Shown here: piece by piece, positions 20,493 through 28,925 of the stretch | Layout: each line of letters opens with the position of its first letter | Numbering within the stretch: position 1 is the first letter of the stretch | Assembly (NCBI GenBank): GCA_023397655.1 | Contig: JAEWTW010000057.1 | Coordinates: 50,842-114,841, forward strand | Source of the DNA: Bacillota bacterium | GTDB taxonomy: Bacteria; Bacillota; Clostridia; Christensenellales; SZUA-584 | Direction of reading: 5' to 3' | DNA: 64,000 nucleotides | The notes under the pieces: generated by a model | Databases searched by the model: none | What the model was told of the DNA's origin: nothing | What the model saw: only the letters and a program-made list of their open reading frames with translations | Made by a program: the position numbers and the translations under genes

Positions 20493-21656
20493 TTGAAATT
20501 TTCACACTTTATACCTACGAAAATACTGTTCGGCAGCGGAATGCTGTCGGCATTGCACCAGCAGGCGCTTCCGGGCAAAAAGGCGCTGATCGTGACGACG
20601 GCGGGACAGTCTGTCAAGAAGTTCGGGTATTTGAACAAGCTGACGGAGCAATTGGACATGAGCGGCGTCTCTTATGAGCTGTTCGACAAAATACTGCCCA
20701 ACCCCGTGATCGCACATGTGCATGAGGGCGCTCAGCTCGCCAAGGGCAGCGGCTGTGATTTCGTGATTGGCCTCGGGGGCGGCAGCGCCATCGATTCGTC
20801 CAAATCCATCGCGGTGATGGCGGCCAACCCGGGCAGCTACTGGGACTATGTGCACGGCGGCAGCGGCAAAGGGCAGCCCGTACCGAACGACCCGCTGCCG
20901 GTGGTGGCGATCACCACGACGGCAGGCACCGGCACCGAGGCAGACCCGTGGACGGTGGTCACCAACGGTGAGGAGAAAATCGGCTTCGGATATGATAAGA
21001 CGTTTCCGGTGCTGTCCATCGTGGACCCCGAGCTGATGCTGACGGTACCGGCGAAGCTGACGGCGTATCAGGGCTTCGACGCGCTGTTCCACAGCGCCGA
21101 AGGCTACGTCAACAAGGCGGCTGGCCCCATCAGCGACCTGTACGCGCTTAAAGCGATCGAACTGATCGGCAAAAGCCTCGCGGCGGCGGTGAAGGACGGC
21201 GGCAACGTGCAGGCGCGCGAGGATGTGGCGCTGGCCAACACGCTGGCGGGCATGGTGGAGTCCACATCGTCCTGCACATCCGAACACTCGCTGGCACACG
21301 CTTTGTCCGCGTTCCATCCGGAGATCGAGCACGGCGCGGCGCTGATCATGGTCAGCCTGGCTTACTTCACGTTCTTTGCGCAGTCCGGCACGTGCGATGC
21401 ACGCATGACCGAGATGGCGCGGGCGCTGGGCAAGACAGACGCCACAGGACCGATGGATTTTGTGACGGCGATGGCAGAGCTGCAGGCGGCGTGCGGCGTG
21501 GACGGGCTGAAGATGTCGGACCACGGCGTGAAGTATGAGGAGCTGGATAAGTATACGCGCAATGCCCGCGAGACGATGGGCGGCTTGTTTTGCGGTGACC
21601 CGGCGGACCTTGGAGACGCGGATGTGACGGCGATTTACCAGAAGTCGTACCGCTGA
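20493..21656 (+). CDS. Iron-containing (group III) alcohol dehydrogenase
   Basis: GLGGGSAIDSSK, TTAGTGTEADPW and conserved His residues (HSAEG, EHSLAHALS). The TTG start is preceded by AAGGAG. Confidence 0.9.
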   Translation: MKFSHFIPTKILFGSGMLSALHQQALPGKKALIVTTAGQSVKKFGYLNKLTEQLDMSGVSYELFDKILPNPVIAHVHEGAQLAKGSGCDFVIGLGGGSAIDSSKSIAVMAANPGSYWDYVHGGSGKGQPVPNDPLPVVAITTTAGTGTEADPWTVVTNGEEKIGFGYDKTFPVLSIVDPELMLTVPAKLTAYQGFDALFHSAEGYVNKAAGPISDLYALKAIELIGKSLAAAVKDGGNVQAREDVALANTLAGMVESTSSCTSEHSLAHALSAFHPEIEHGAALIMVSLAYFTFFAQSGTCDARMTEMARALGKTDATGPMDFVTAMAELQAACGVDGLKMSDHGVKYEELDKYTRNARETMGGLFCGDPADLGDADVTAIYQKSYR

Positions 21657-21686
21657 GCATACAAACGGACAGCATGGAGGAATGAC

Positions 21687-22166
21687 ATGAGCGAACTGGA
21701 TAACATCATTGCGCAAGTGCAGGAGCAGGAGAAGACGCTGCTGTTCGATTCGTTCGGCAGCGAGGCGGCGCTGGAGATCGGCATGCTACTGGTGGAACGC
21801 GCGAAGGCTGAAAAGCTGGCGATCACGGTGGATGTGACGAAGGGCGGGCAGGTGCTGTTCCGCCACGCGCTGGCTGGTACGTCGCCGGACAACGACCACT
21901 GGGTGCGCCGCAAGACCGCCACGGTATACCGATTCTACAGGAGCTCATACGGCTTTGGCCTGCGGCTTAAGAACGAGGGCATGACGCTGCAGCAGTTTGG
22001 TGCGAGCGAGATGGATTACTGCCTTTTCGGCGGCGCGTTTCCGGTGACGGTGCGCGGCGCCGGCATCGTGGGCACGGTGACGGTGTCCGGGCTGTCTGAG
22101 GAAGATGACCATGGCCTGGTCGTCTGGGCAATCCGAGAATATCTGGAAAGGCGAAAAAACGTTTGA
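21687..22166 (+). CDS. UPF0303/heme-degrading-domain (GlcG-like) protein
   Basis: 159 aa. GGAFPV..RGAGIVGTVTVSGL..EDDH is typical of the UPF0303 family. Confidence 0.7.
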   Translation: MSELDNIIAQVQEQEKTLLFDSFGSEAALEIGMLLVERAKAEKLAITVDVTKGGQVLFRHALAGTSPDNDHWVRRKTATVYRFYRSSYGFGLRLKNEGMTLQQFGASEMDYCLFGGAFPVTVRGAGIVGTVTVSGLSEEDDHGLVVWAIREYLERRKNV

Positions 22167-22239
22167 CAGCGTGCGGGCAATCCGGTTACAATTAAATCGG
22201 AGCCAACGCTATCATTTTTCTATTTCCTTCTCTATGCGC

Positions 22240-22270
22240 AGGCCGGATCTCGATGATCCGGCCTGTTTGC
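22240..22270 (+). terminator. Hairpin terminator candidate
   Basis: GGCCGGATC-TCGAT-GATCCGGCC followed by TGTTTG. Confidence 0.5.
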
Positions 22271-22303
22271 TATACCGGAACACCTTAATACTTTGTAAAA
22301 ATC

Positions 22304-22334
22304 GGCCGCCGCCGCAAGGCGGCTTTTTTGTTTT
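22304..22334 (+). terminator. Rho-independent terminator marking the left edge of the toxin island
   Basis: GCCGCC-GCCGCAA-GGCGGC followed by TTTTTTGTTTT. Confidence 0.75.
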
Positions 22335-22395
22335 ATCCGAAAAGTTGAAAGGTTGTGAAATAAAATCCGGTGTAGCATCAAGAAAAAAGGAGGAC

Positions 22396-22794
22396 ATGGA
22401 TATGCAGATTGATGTAACGCAGCTCATTATCGCGGCGGCGGGGCTGGTATTTTCCGCGGTGATCATACCGCTGGTGAAGGCGGCTTTCACCTGGCTGAAG
22501 GGTAAGACGGAGAACGAGGCGCTGCAGGCCGCACTCGGCGAGGCGCAGGCGCTGGCGGACACCGTGGTGGCGAGCCTGCAGCAGACGGTGGCGGAAGGGC
22601 TGAAAGAGAGGTCGACCGACGGCAAGCTGACCGCCGACGACGCGCGGGAGGTGGCTGACCTCGCGGTGGAGATGTTCCTTTCCGACCTGTCCGCAAAGTC
22701 GCTCGCGCTGCTGGAGGACAACGCCGGAGACATCATCGCGTATGTGAGCAACCTGCTGGAAGCGCGCCTGCTGCGCCTGAAGGAGGGGAAGTAA
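22396..22794 (+). CDS. LL-H-family holin-like protein (N-terminal TM plus helical tail)
   Basis: ATG 22396 follows AAAGGAGGA. LIIAAAGLVFSAVIIPLVKAAF is the TM, followed by an Ala/Glu/Leu-rich helical tail (QQTVAEGLKERSTDGKLTADDA...GDIIAYV...LEARL). The layout matches Phage_holin_6_1/LL-H holins from memory. Confidence 0.55.
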   Translation: MDMQIDVTQLIIAAAGLVFSAVIIPLVKAAFTWLKGKTENEALQAALGEAQALADTVVASLQQTVAEGLKERSTDGKLTADDAREVADLAVEMFLSDLSAKSLALLEDNAGDIIAYVSNLLEARLLRLKEGK

Positions 22795-23367
22795 TTGTCG
22801 GACTGGGATGAGCAAATCAAGAAGCAGCATGAAGCGCAGCTGAAGGCCCAGACCAAACAGCTGGAGTCCAGCTACGGACAGAACCGTCAGGACTACGGCA
22901 GGCAGATCGTTGAGGCGGGCGAGCAGTATCAGACGGTGCGCAATCAGGCGCACGCCGACAACGCGATGGCGGAGCAGGCGCGCCGGGAAAACATGGCCAA
23001 CATGGGAATGTCGGGCGCGGGCGGAACCTCGCAGACTCTGCAGCAACGCAATCAGACAGCACTGCTGGACACCATGGGCGACACGAACCGGCAGCAGCAG
23101 GACTATACCGACAACATCAAGCTGGCGCTGGGCAACCTCACGACGAAGTATGAAGCCGATATGTTTTCCGCGCAGCAGCAGACGACAGCGGAAGAGCTGG
23201 CAGCGAAGACGGCAGCCGACCAGTGGCAGCGCCAGTTCGGCCTCAGCCAGCAGCAGTTTGACCTGACCCAAAAGAACAGCGCGTTTGACCAGGCGTGGGC
23301 GTTGTATCAAAAGCGCCGCATCACCAAGAAACAGTTTGAACAGATGACCGGCTATAAGCTGAGGTAG
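22795..23367 (+). CDS. Gln-rich coiled-coil protein, a stand-alone paralog of the toxin N-terminal domain
   Basis: The TTG start abuts the holin stop and follows GGAGGGGAAG. It aligns along its length with residues ~80-180 of the 1504-aa toxin (GDT.RQ...DN...AL..L ... QQQ..L..KNS.FDQ...LY.KR....F..MTG.K). Confidence 0.6.
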   Translation: MSDWDEQIKKQHEAQLKAQTKQLESSYGQNRQDYGRQIVEAGEQYQTVRNQAHADNAMAEQARRENMANMGMSGAGGTSQTLQQRNQTALLDTMGDTNRQQQDYTDNIKLALGNLTTKYEADMFSAQQQTTAEELAAKTAADQWQRQFGLSQQQFDLTQKNSAFDQAWALYQKRRITKKQFEQMTGYKLR

Positions 23368-23376
23368 GAGGACGGG

Positions 23377-26300
23377 ATGGCGAAAAACGAACCATTACAC
23401 GACAATGAGCTGAGAATTCAGCGCGGCACGCTGGACGACAACCACAGCGCGGACACCCGTATGTACCGCGACATGCTGGCGGACAGCGACGCGGCGTATG
23501 AGGCGCTCAAAACGCAGGCGCGCATCGACAGGGCCCTCTCTGAGCTGGCGGGGGGCCCTGCCCGCTCCTCCGCAACGCTGAAAGCCCGCGAGATGAGCGC
23601 GCTGCGCAACGAGCTGGGCGACACCGAACGGCAGCACGAGCGCTTCGCCGACAACGTGGACTACGCGCTGGCGGGCCTTGCCCGCAAAAAGGACGCGGAC
23701 GAGGTGGTCGCCGAGAACATGAGCATTGCCCGTCAAGCCGCCGCGGAGATCAACCAGGGCAAATTCGACGCGGAGCTGAACCTGCAGCAGCAGTACCATG
23801 ACCTCAACAAGAAGAACAGCGTGTTCGACCAGATGTATAAGCTGTATACCAAGCGGCTGGTGGGCAAGGACGCGTTCAAGGCCATGACGGGCATAAAGGT
23901 GAAGGCGATGCCGAAGCCAAAGGTACATCATGCACCTAAGCCGACAATCATTTCAATGGGCAGCAAAGAGCCGGCAGCGCAGGCGGGGTACACCGTAAAG
24001 ACTGCCTATCATCCGATGACGGGGGCAAAAACATACTATTTGGTCAAAAACGAAACCGCAAAAGGCATGGACGAAAACGGCGTCAGCTTGCAGGACAAAA
24101 CTGGAAAGGTGAAGGCAGAACCTGAATTGTATTTGGAGGTGAACATTGACGGATATAAGGACGCGGACAGCGCTGAGCAGCTGGCAATCATTCAAGAGAA
24201 TAAAGATGATATTGTTGTACGCTACGGTGAAGATTTTTATAAGTTGCTGACGTCACATCTGACGACAATGGACATAGTTGAGCAGGTATATGATCCGGCA
24301 GATGTGTGGGCGATCGGCTCAGCGTTCAATCAGTTGCTTCTGGCATCAAACGACGATGAATGGCAAGCTGCTGCCGAGGGGTATAAAGCGGCGGTAGACA
24401 CTGGCGAAGAAAACCTGAGGAATACGTATAAAGGTGAGCCAAGCTGGAGTAAAACTATTCAGCTTATACCTGATATGGAGGAATTCCAATATGATGAGAG
24501 CAATTTAGACGACAAGAGAAGAAAGTATGCGGACAAGCCGCCGGCTGCGGTAACGAGCGAAGCGCTGGCAAGCAAATTCAAAGAACGCTTTGGGGTTCTG
24601 GACGGAGACCCGCTCAAGGATGCGTTTGATGAACCCGAATTGGCGGCGCTAAACATCGACTGGTCCCAACTTTCGGTTGATCAGCTGCTGGCTGTTGGCA
24701 CGTATTTGTCTGCGAACCAAACTAAAGGGGGAAGCACAACAGAAACTGATGAGAAGTTAGACCAGCTGATCCAGGAAGGAAAGAACATATTTGAGGTTGT
24801 TACATATCGGTATATGGACAGCGTCATACAAGTCAGGAATTCGATGGAGGACGACGAAACAAGGAAGAAGCGCCAGGAAGATGAAAACGAAAGGATAATG
24901 TGGGGCGATCTTTCGACTCAGGATAGATTTAACAACGCGGTGGCGGACATTAAACAATACCAGAAAGATTATCAAGAATATACCTTCTATGTGAATTACG
25001 ATGTTGATGCCGCGAAACAGGAATTGGATGATACGAATGAGCAACTGAATGATGCGGCATCGGATCTTTTAAACTTTATGGACAATGAAGGTTATGGTGA
25101 AACCAAGAGGGTGCTTGGTTTATCGGATGAAGCTTTTAATGAAATCAGAGGAAAAATGAATGCTAATAATGATTTTGAAGCGCTAAAGACTTTTAACAAT
25201 CTGATAGATGCGATGGATATGTATCAAGATCAGGCGAATCTAATTGAGACAGATATCATTATGGCGGAAGAATGGAAGAAGAGGGACAAAAAGTATAAGT
25301 ACGAAGATGGCATCCTCGGGATGGAAGATTTAACCGCGACATCCCTGCAAGGCGCACAGATAAAGAATCCAAAAGTCATTGATTTAATGTTTGGAACCGG
25401 CGAAGTAAAAAATGTGTATGTATTCGCAAGTTTTCTGAACAGCGACACGGTAATGGACGAGCTGATGAGCGCTGAGGTCGGCGAACGCGGAGGTGATACC
25501 GAAGACCTGTATGAATGGATAGAAACGCAACGCGTCATTTATGAGAAATATACATACATGACGGATACTGAAAAAACCGTTTACAACTACCTGCTAAAAA
25601 AAGAAGGTGATTCCAGCGCTAATGATTATCTGAAAATGATCGATGAATCGCTGAATATGAGGCAGGGCTTGGCTGAAGCTTCGGCGCTGGAAGGCAAGCC
25701 GGTGGCACAGGTATTGTACAGTTTTGGCGCAGGTCTTGACAGCTTTGGATCAGGCATCCGGCAGCTGTTTTCCAGCGACAGGCTATCCACAACTGCCACG
25801 CAATTTGCCTCAAATGCGATATATCAAGATCTGGCGGGCGACGACCCCGACAGCGTGAGTTTTGGACAGCTGCTTTATAATACAGGCAACATGGCCGGAT
25901 ATATGGCGCCCGTCATATTATTGAATGTCGCGACGGCTGGTACGACAATTCCGGCGACTGTTACTGCGCAGATTGGCTCTACAGTGATGGCATTGAGCGC
26001 CACGGGCAATGCCTATAATCAGGCGCTGGGGCAAGGCTATACGAAGGGAGAAGCACGGCTTGAGGCACTACTCACCGGGCTGTATACTTACGCGACCAGC
26101 CAGGCTATGTTCTCCGGGCTGCAGAAGGTGGTGGGATTAGCGTCGGGAATGACCGGAGCTACTTTTGGGCAGCAAATTGCAAAATTAGCTGTGTTGACTT
26201 TCGGTTCGATGGAAGTAGCATTTACAAGAGGGACGCAAATCACGCTTGTTAAGAACATTGCTGAGGCACTACTGATGGGAGACAAGTCTGGATTTGCGCA

Positions 26301-27891
26301 ATCCATTGCAATGTATCAGAATCGTGGGTTTAGCCAAAAAGAAGCGACAGGGCTGGCTTTCATCGACTGGTTTTTTACCAATCCGCTCGAAACCGGTGGT
26401 AAAATGGGCGCAATGGCGGGGCTCTCCGTTTTCCCGGCTGCCGCAAGAACGGCATACGGTGCGATGAACGCAGCTGGTGAACAGATATACGGGCAGCCTC
26501 TGCTGACAGCGGGTGGGCAGACAGCAGGTGCGGCACAGAACTCGGCTGCATCCACAGCCTCTGCTGCCTCTACAGCATACCCCGCGTCTGCCACTTCCAC
26601 CGCGCTGACGCCGGTCTATGGCGGAACGTCAATGCCCTTACAGCCGTTTACAGGAACGGCGCCTGAACTGACGGCAATCGGCGCAGGGGGATACGCGGGA
26701 CGCACGAGCATGCCTCAAACGAACGGCACATATGACAACACGCCGATGTTGCCCGCAGGTTTCAGGCAGATGGGACTGAGCGATGATGCCGCGGATTTCG
26801 CAGCTAAACTGGATGCTTATCTGATGAAGCTGCCAGCTCCGAAGAGCGACGGCAAAGCACCTGAAGAGCTTACACCCTACACAGGCGGGCTGACCCTGCC
26901 GCCAGCGGCCGCCGCCATAAAAGCGCCGTCCAACGTGGCCAGAGGCGTGGGCGACACAGCCGAAGAACTGCAGGCGCTGTCGGACAAAACATCGCTTGAC
27001 CTGTTTGACGAGAACGTGCGGAACAAATATTTCGGGTTCGCGCTGGACGGCACGCTGGGCAAAGCCAAATCGATGTATGACGCCTCCCTTCAAAGCCTGG
27101 AAAACGGCATAGCGCAAAGCGCGCCGCAGCCCGCGGCGGAGCTGATGCAGCAGGCGGATGTGGTGGAGAGGCGGCTGGGCGAGGTGTATGAGGCAGCGGG
27201 AGTAAGCAAAGGCTATTCTCCTGAAACGAACACATCACAACCACAGATTACATCGGACCCCCCCGCCACAGACGTCGGCACCCTGTTCAGCGACTATTTC
27301 GACGCCATCGGCGCGGACGAGATGCCGCCGTTTGCTGAGTTCGGGAAGATGTACCGCAAAGGTGGGGACGCGTGGAAGGAGCTGACGCTGAAGAAGGGCT
27401 GGAAGGATGCGCTGAAGAGCGGCGAAGTTGAGCCTTTTACGCGGTTTGAAGACTATAAGGCGACGGCGGGCGTGGACGGAAATGGAGGAATGGGATATAA
27501 TGAAGGGCAAGAGTTTTCCGAACGTATAGAGTTTAACCTTGTTGAAATTGTTGATTCTGATACAGGAAAGTTCATAATAAAGGATTGGAGTGAATATCCA
27601 GATGATTACGTTCCATTACCTGACAAATCTAAAGTATGGGTATTCGTAGAGGGAGAGGAATATGAACAATCAAGGAAACAAGCAAATGAGGTTAATAAAA
27701 ATTTGAGATTGGGAGATCGTTATTACAGCGATAATAGATTGGAAATTCACGAGATAGAACCTGTTAAATTTGGCGGTAGTCCAACAGATTTAGCTAATAA
27801 GGCTGCTATTCAAGGACAGGTTCATAGGAAATACGTTACTCCGTGGTGGAATAAAATACGAGATGAAATAAAGAGAGGATTGGATAAATAA
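23377..27891 (+). CDS. Polymorphic toxin, 1504 aa: novel N-terminal coiled-coil domain, AT-rich middle, Gly/Ala-rich hydrophobic region, pre-toxin region, HNH/EndoVII-type nuclease tip
   Basis: RBS GGAGGA. No signal peptide (MAKNEPLHDNELRIQRG). The tip motif is LEIHEIEPVKFGGSPTDLANKAAIQGQVHRKY. An immunity gene follows 4 nt downstream. Several internal segments are copied in the downstream cassettes. Confidence 0.85.
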   Translation: MAKNEPLHDNELRIQRGTLDDNHSADTRMYRDMLADSDAAYEALKTQARIDRALSELAGGPARSSATLKAREMSALRNELGDTERQHERFADNVDYALAGLARKKDADEVVAENMSIARQAAAEINQGKFDAELNLQQQYHDLNKKNSVFDQMYKLYTKRLVGKDAFKAMTGIKVKAMPKPKVHHAPKPTIISMGSKEPAAQAGYTVKTAYHPMTGAKTYYLVKNETAKGMDENGVSLQDKTGKVKAEPELYLEVNIDGYKDADSAEQLAIIQENKDDIVVRYGEDFYKLLTSHLTTMDIVEQVYDPADVWAIGSAFNQLLLASNDDEWQAAAEGYKAAVDTGEENLRNTYKGEPSWSKTIQLIPDMEEFQYDESNLDDKRRKYADKPPAAVTSEALASKFKERFGVLDGDPLKDAFDEPELAALNIDWSQLSVDQLLAVGTYLSANQTKGGSTTETDEKLDQLIQEGKNIFEVVTYRYMDSVIQVRNSMEDDETRKKRQEDENERIMWGDLSTQDRFNNAVADIKQYQKDYQEYTFYVNYDVDAAKQELDDTNEQLNDAASDLLNFMDNEGYGETKRVLGLSDEAFNEIRGKMNANNDFEALKTFNNLIDAMDMYQDQANLIETDIIMAEEWKKRDKKYKYEDGILGMEDLTATSLQGAQIKNPKVIDLMFGTGEVKNVYVFASFLNSDTVMDELMSAEVGERGGDTEDLYEWIETQRVIYEKYTYMTDTEKTVYNYLLKKEGDSSANDYLKMIDESLNMRQGLAEASALEGKPVAQVLYSFGAGLDSFGSGIRQLFSSDRLSTTATQFASNAIYQDLAGDDPDSVSFGQLLYNTGNMAGYMAPVILLNVATAGTTIPATVTAQIGSTVMALSATGNAYNQALGQGYTKGEARLEALLTGLYTYATSQAMFSGLQKVVGLASGMTGATFGQQIAKLAVLTFGSMEVAFTRGTQITLVKNIAEALLMGDKSGFAQSIAMYQNRGFSQKEATGLAFIDWFFTNPLETGGKMGAMAGLSVFPAAARTAYGAMNAAGEQIYGQPLLTAGGQTAGAAQNSAASTASAASTAYPASATSTALTPVYGGTSMPLQPFTGTAPELTAIGAGGYAGRTSMPQTNGTYDNTPMLPAGFRQMGLSDDAADFAAKLDAYLMKLPAPKSDGKAPEELTPYTGGLTLPPAAAAIKAPSNVARGVGDTAEELQALSDKTSLDLFDENVRNKYFGFALDGTLGKAKSMYDASLQSLENGIAQSAPQPAAELMQQADVVERRLGEVYEAAGVSKGYSPETNTSQPQITSDPPATDVGTLFSDYFDAIGADEMPPFAEFGKMYRKGGDAWKELTLKKGWKDALKSGEVEPFTRFEDYKATAGVDGNGGMGYNEGQEFSERIEFNLVEIVDSDTGKFIIKDWSEYPDDYVPLPDKSKVWVFVEGEEYEQSRKQANEVNKNLRLGDRYYSDNRLEIHEIEPVKFGGSPTDLANKAAIQGQVHRKYVTPWWNKIRDEIKRGLDK
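23798..23919 (+). repeat. Recombination anchor A (codes DLNKKNSVFDQMYKLYTKRLVGKDAFKAMTGIKVKAMPKP)
   Basis: Near-identical nucleotide copies lie at 40697-40819 (cassette 10) and 41948-42096 (terminal remnant). Confidence 0.85.
27058..27503 (+). repeat. Recombination anchor B (pre-toxin region ending in GVDGNGGMGYNE)
   Basis: Copies lie at 29527-29966 (cassette 3, full length), 28425-28548 (cassette 2, with an internal ~160-nt deletion) and 30886-30950 (cassette 4, 5' part only). Confidence 0.85.
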
Positions 27892-27895
27892 TACT

Positions 27896-28312
27896 ATGGA
27901 ATTTCTAAATGAAGATCTCTTTAAGAATTTCAATTTTCAAAGAGATGAAAAAAATACCGAAAGTCAAATAGGTAATGCCGAATTAGAGTTAGGAATTAAG
28001 TTTCCTGAAGGGCTTAGAGGTATTTTAAAACAATACAATGGAGGTAGCGGACAAATTGGGAAATCCTATTTAGATTTATGGAGTTTGGAAGATATTGTAG
28101 ACTTCTATCAAGAAAACATGGAAACTGATGCATATATTTTAGTACCGTTTGCCTCGGATGGTTGTGGTATGTCCTTTACTTTAGTTAAAGAAAATACAGA
28201 AATTAGAATTGTACCGATGGATTCTTTGGAATATGAGTATTCAAAAAAATGTAGTAATAATTTTGATGAATTTATTAATGAAGTGTATTCTGGCAACCTA
28301 GTAGAATACTAG
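27896..28312 (+). CDS. SUKH/SMI1-KNR4 family immunity protein (cognate of the HNH tip)
   Basis: 138 aa and AT-rich. LELGIKFPEGLRGILKQYNGG ... LVPFASDGCGMSF is typical of the SMI1_KNR4 fold. Confidence 0.8.
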   Translation: MEFLNEDLFKNFNFQRDEKNTESQIGNAELELGIKFPEGLRGILKQYNGGSGQIGKSYLDLWSLEDIVDFYQENMETDAYILVPFASDGCGMSFTLVKENTEIRIVPMDSLEYEYSKKCSNNFDEFINEVYSGNLVEY

Positions 28313-28362
28313 CGTTGAACAAAATAAAAACGTGTAAGTAAAAAAGATTAGCTAAATATTTA

Positions 28363-28391
28363 GGCCGGAAATTACTATTTCGGCTTTTTTT
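28363..28391 (+). terminator. Cassette-boundary hairpin terminator 1
   Basis: GCCGGAAAT-TACT-ATTTCGGC (one bulge) followed by TTTTTTT. Confidence 0.55.
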
Positions 28392-28511
28392 CTTTAAACG
28401 GAATTTGAAATCAAATGAAGATAAAACAAACACACCGGCTGAACCTTCCACCCCAAGCCCCCTGCCACAGACGTCGGCACCCTGTTCAGCGACTATTTCG
28501 ACGCCATCGGC

Positions 28512-28898
28512 GTGGACGGAAAGGGGGCAATGGGATATAATTCATTTGATAAGTCAAATCAAGGAATAGTAAGACCTCAACAAGTTAAGAAGTTAATAGA
28601 TTGGCTAGATAATGATAAAGAATTGTTAAATGAAGTTTCAGAGTGGTTTAAGGAAAAACCAGAATGGTGGGGAATTGATCCGGAGAATACTGATGTGTTT
28701 TATAGACCACCACAAGAAGTAAAAGAGATTAGATCAAAAGCAGGCGAAAGCGGAGGGCATCATCCACATGGATTGGCACTTGGAGGGCCAGAAGGACAGA
28801 GACTTACCCCGACAGGTGAAACAGCAATGATAAAGAATCCAACACATAGCCAAGTAACCGGTTTGCAAAGACGCGTACTTAATAGAATAAAAAAGTAG
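28512..28898 (+). CDS. Orphan toxin tip, cassette 2: GHH-type HNH/EndoVII nuclease
   Basis: GESGGHHPHGLALGGPEGQRLTP...NPTHS motif. It is preceded by an anchor-B copy from 28425. It has no RBS of its own, and the 'start' is an in-frame GTG inside the anchor. Confidence 0.7.
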   Translation: MDGKGAMGYNSFDKSNQGIVRPQQVKKLIDWLDNDKELLNEVSEWFKEKPEWWGIDPENTDVFYRPPQEVKEIRSKAGESGGHHPHGLALGGPEGQRLTPTGETAMIKNPTHSQVTGLQRRVLNRIKK

Positions 28899-28925
28899 AT
28901 TATAAAATAGGAGGAGACAAACAAG

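Noticed and set aside
22795-23920. LXG/T7SS-type toxin assignment
   Set aside because: I saw no LxG-type N-terminal pattern and no WXG100, EssC or other T7SS genes in the window. A distant T7SS locus elsewhere in the genome cannot be excluded.
22396-27891. Prophage remnant interpretation (holin-like gene plus a large coiled-coil/Gly-rich protein resembling a tape measure)
   Set aside because: The window has no terminase, portal, capsid, tail, endolysin, integrase or att-like repeats. The large protein ends in a nuclease tip with an immunity gene and orphan array, which fits a toxin rather than a tape measure. Phage ancestry of the N-terminal genes remains possible.
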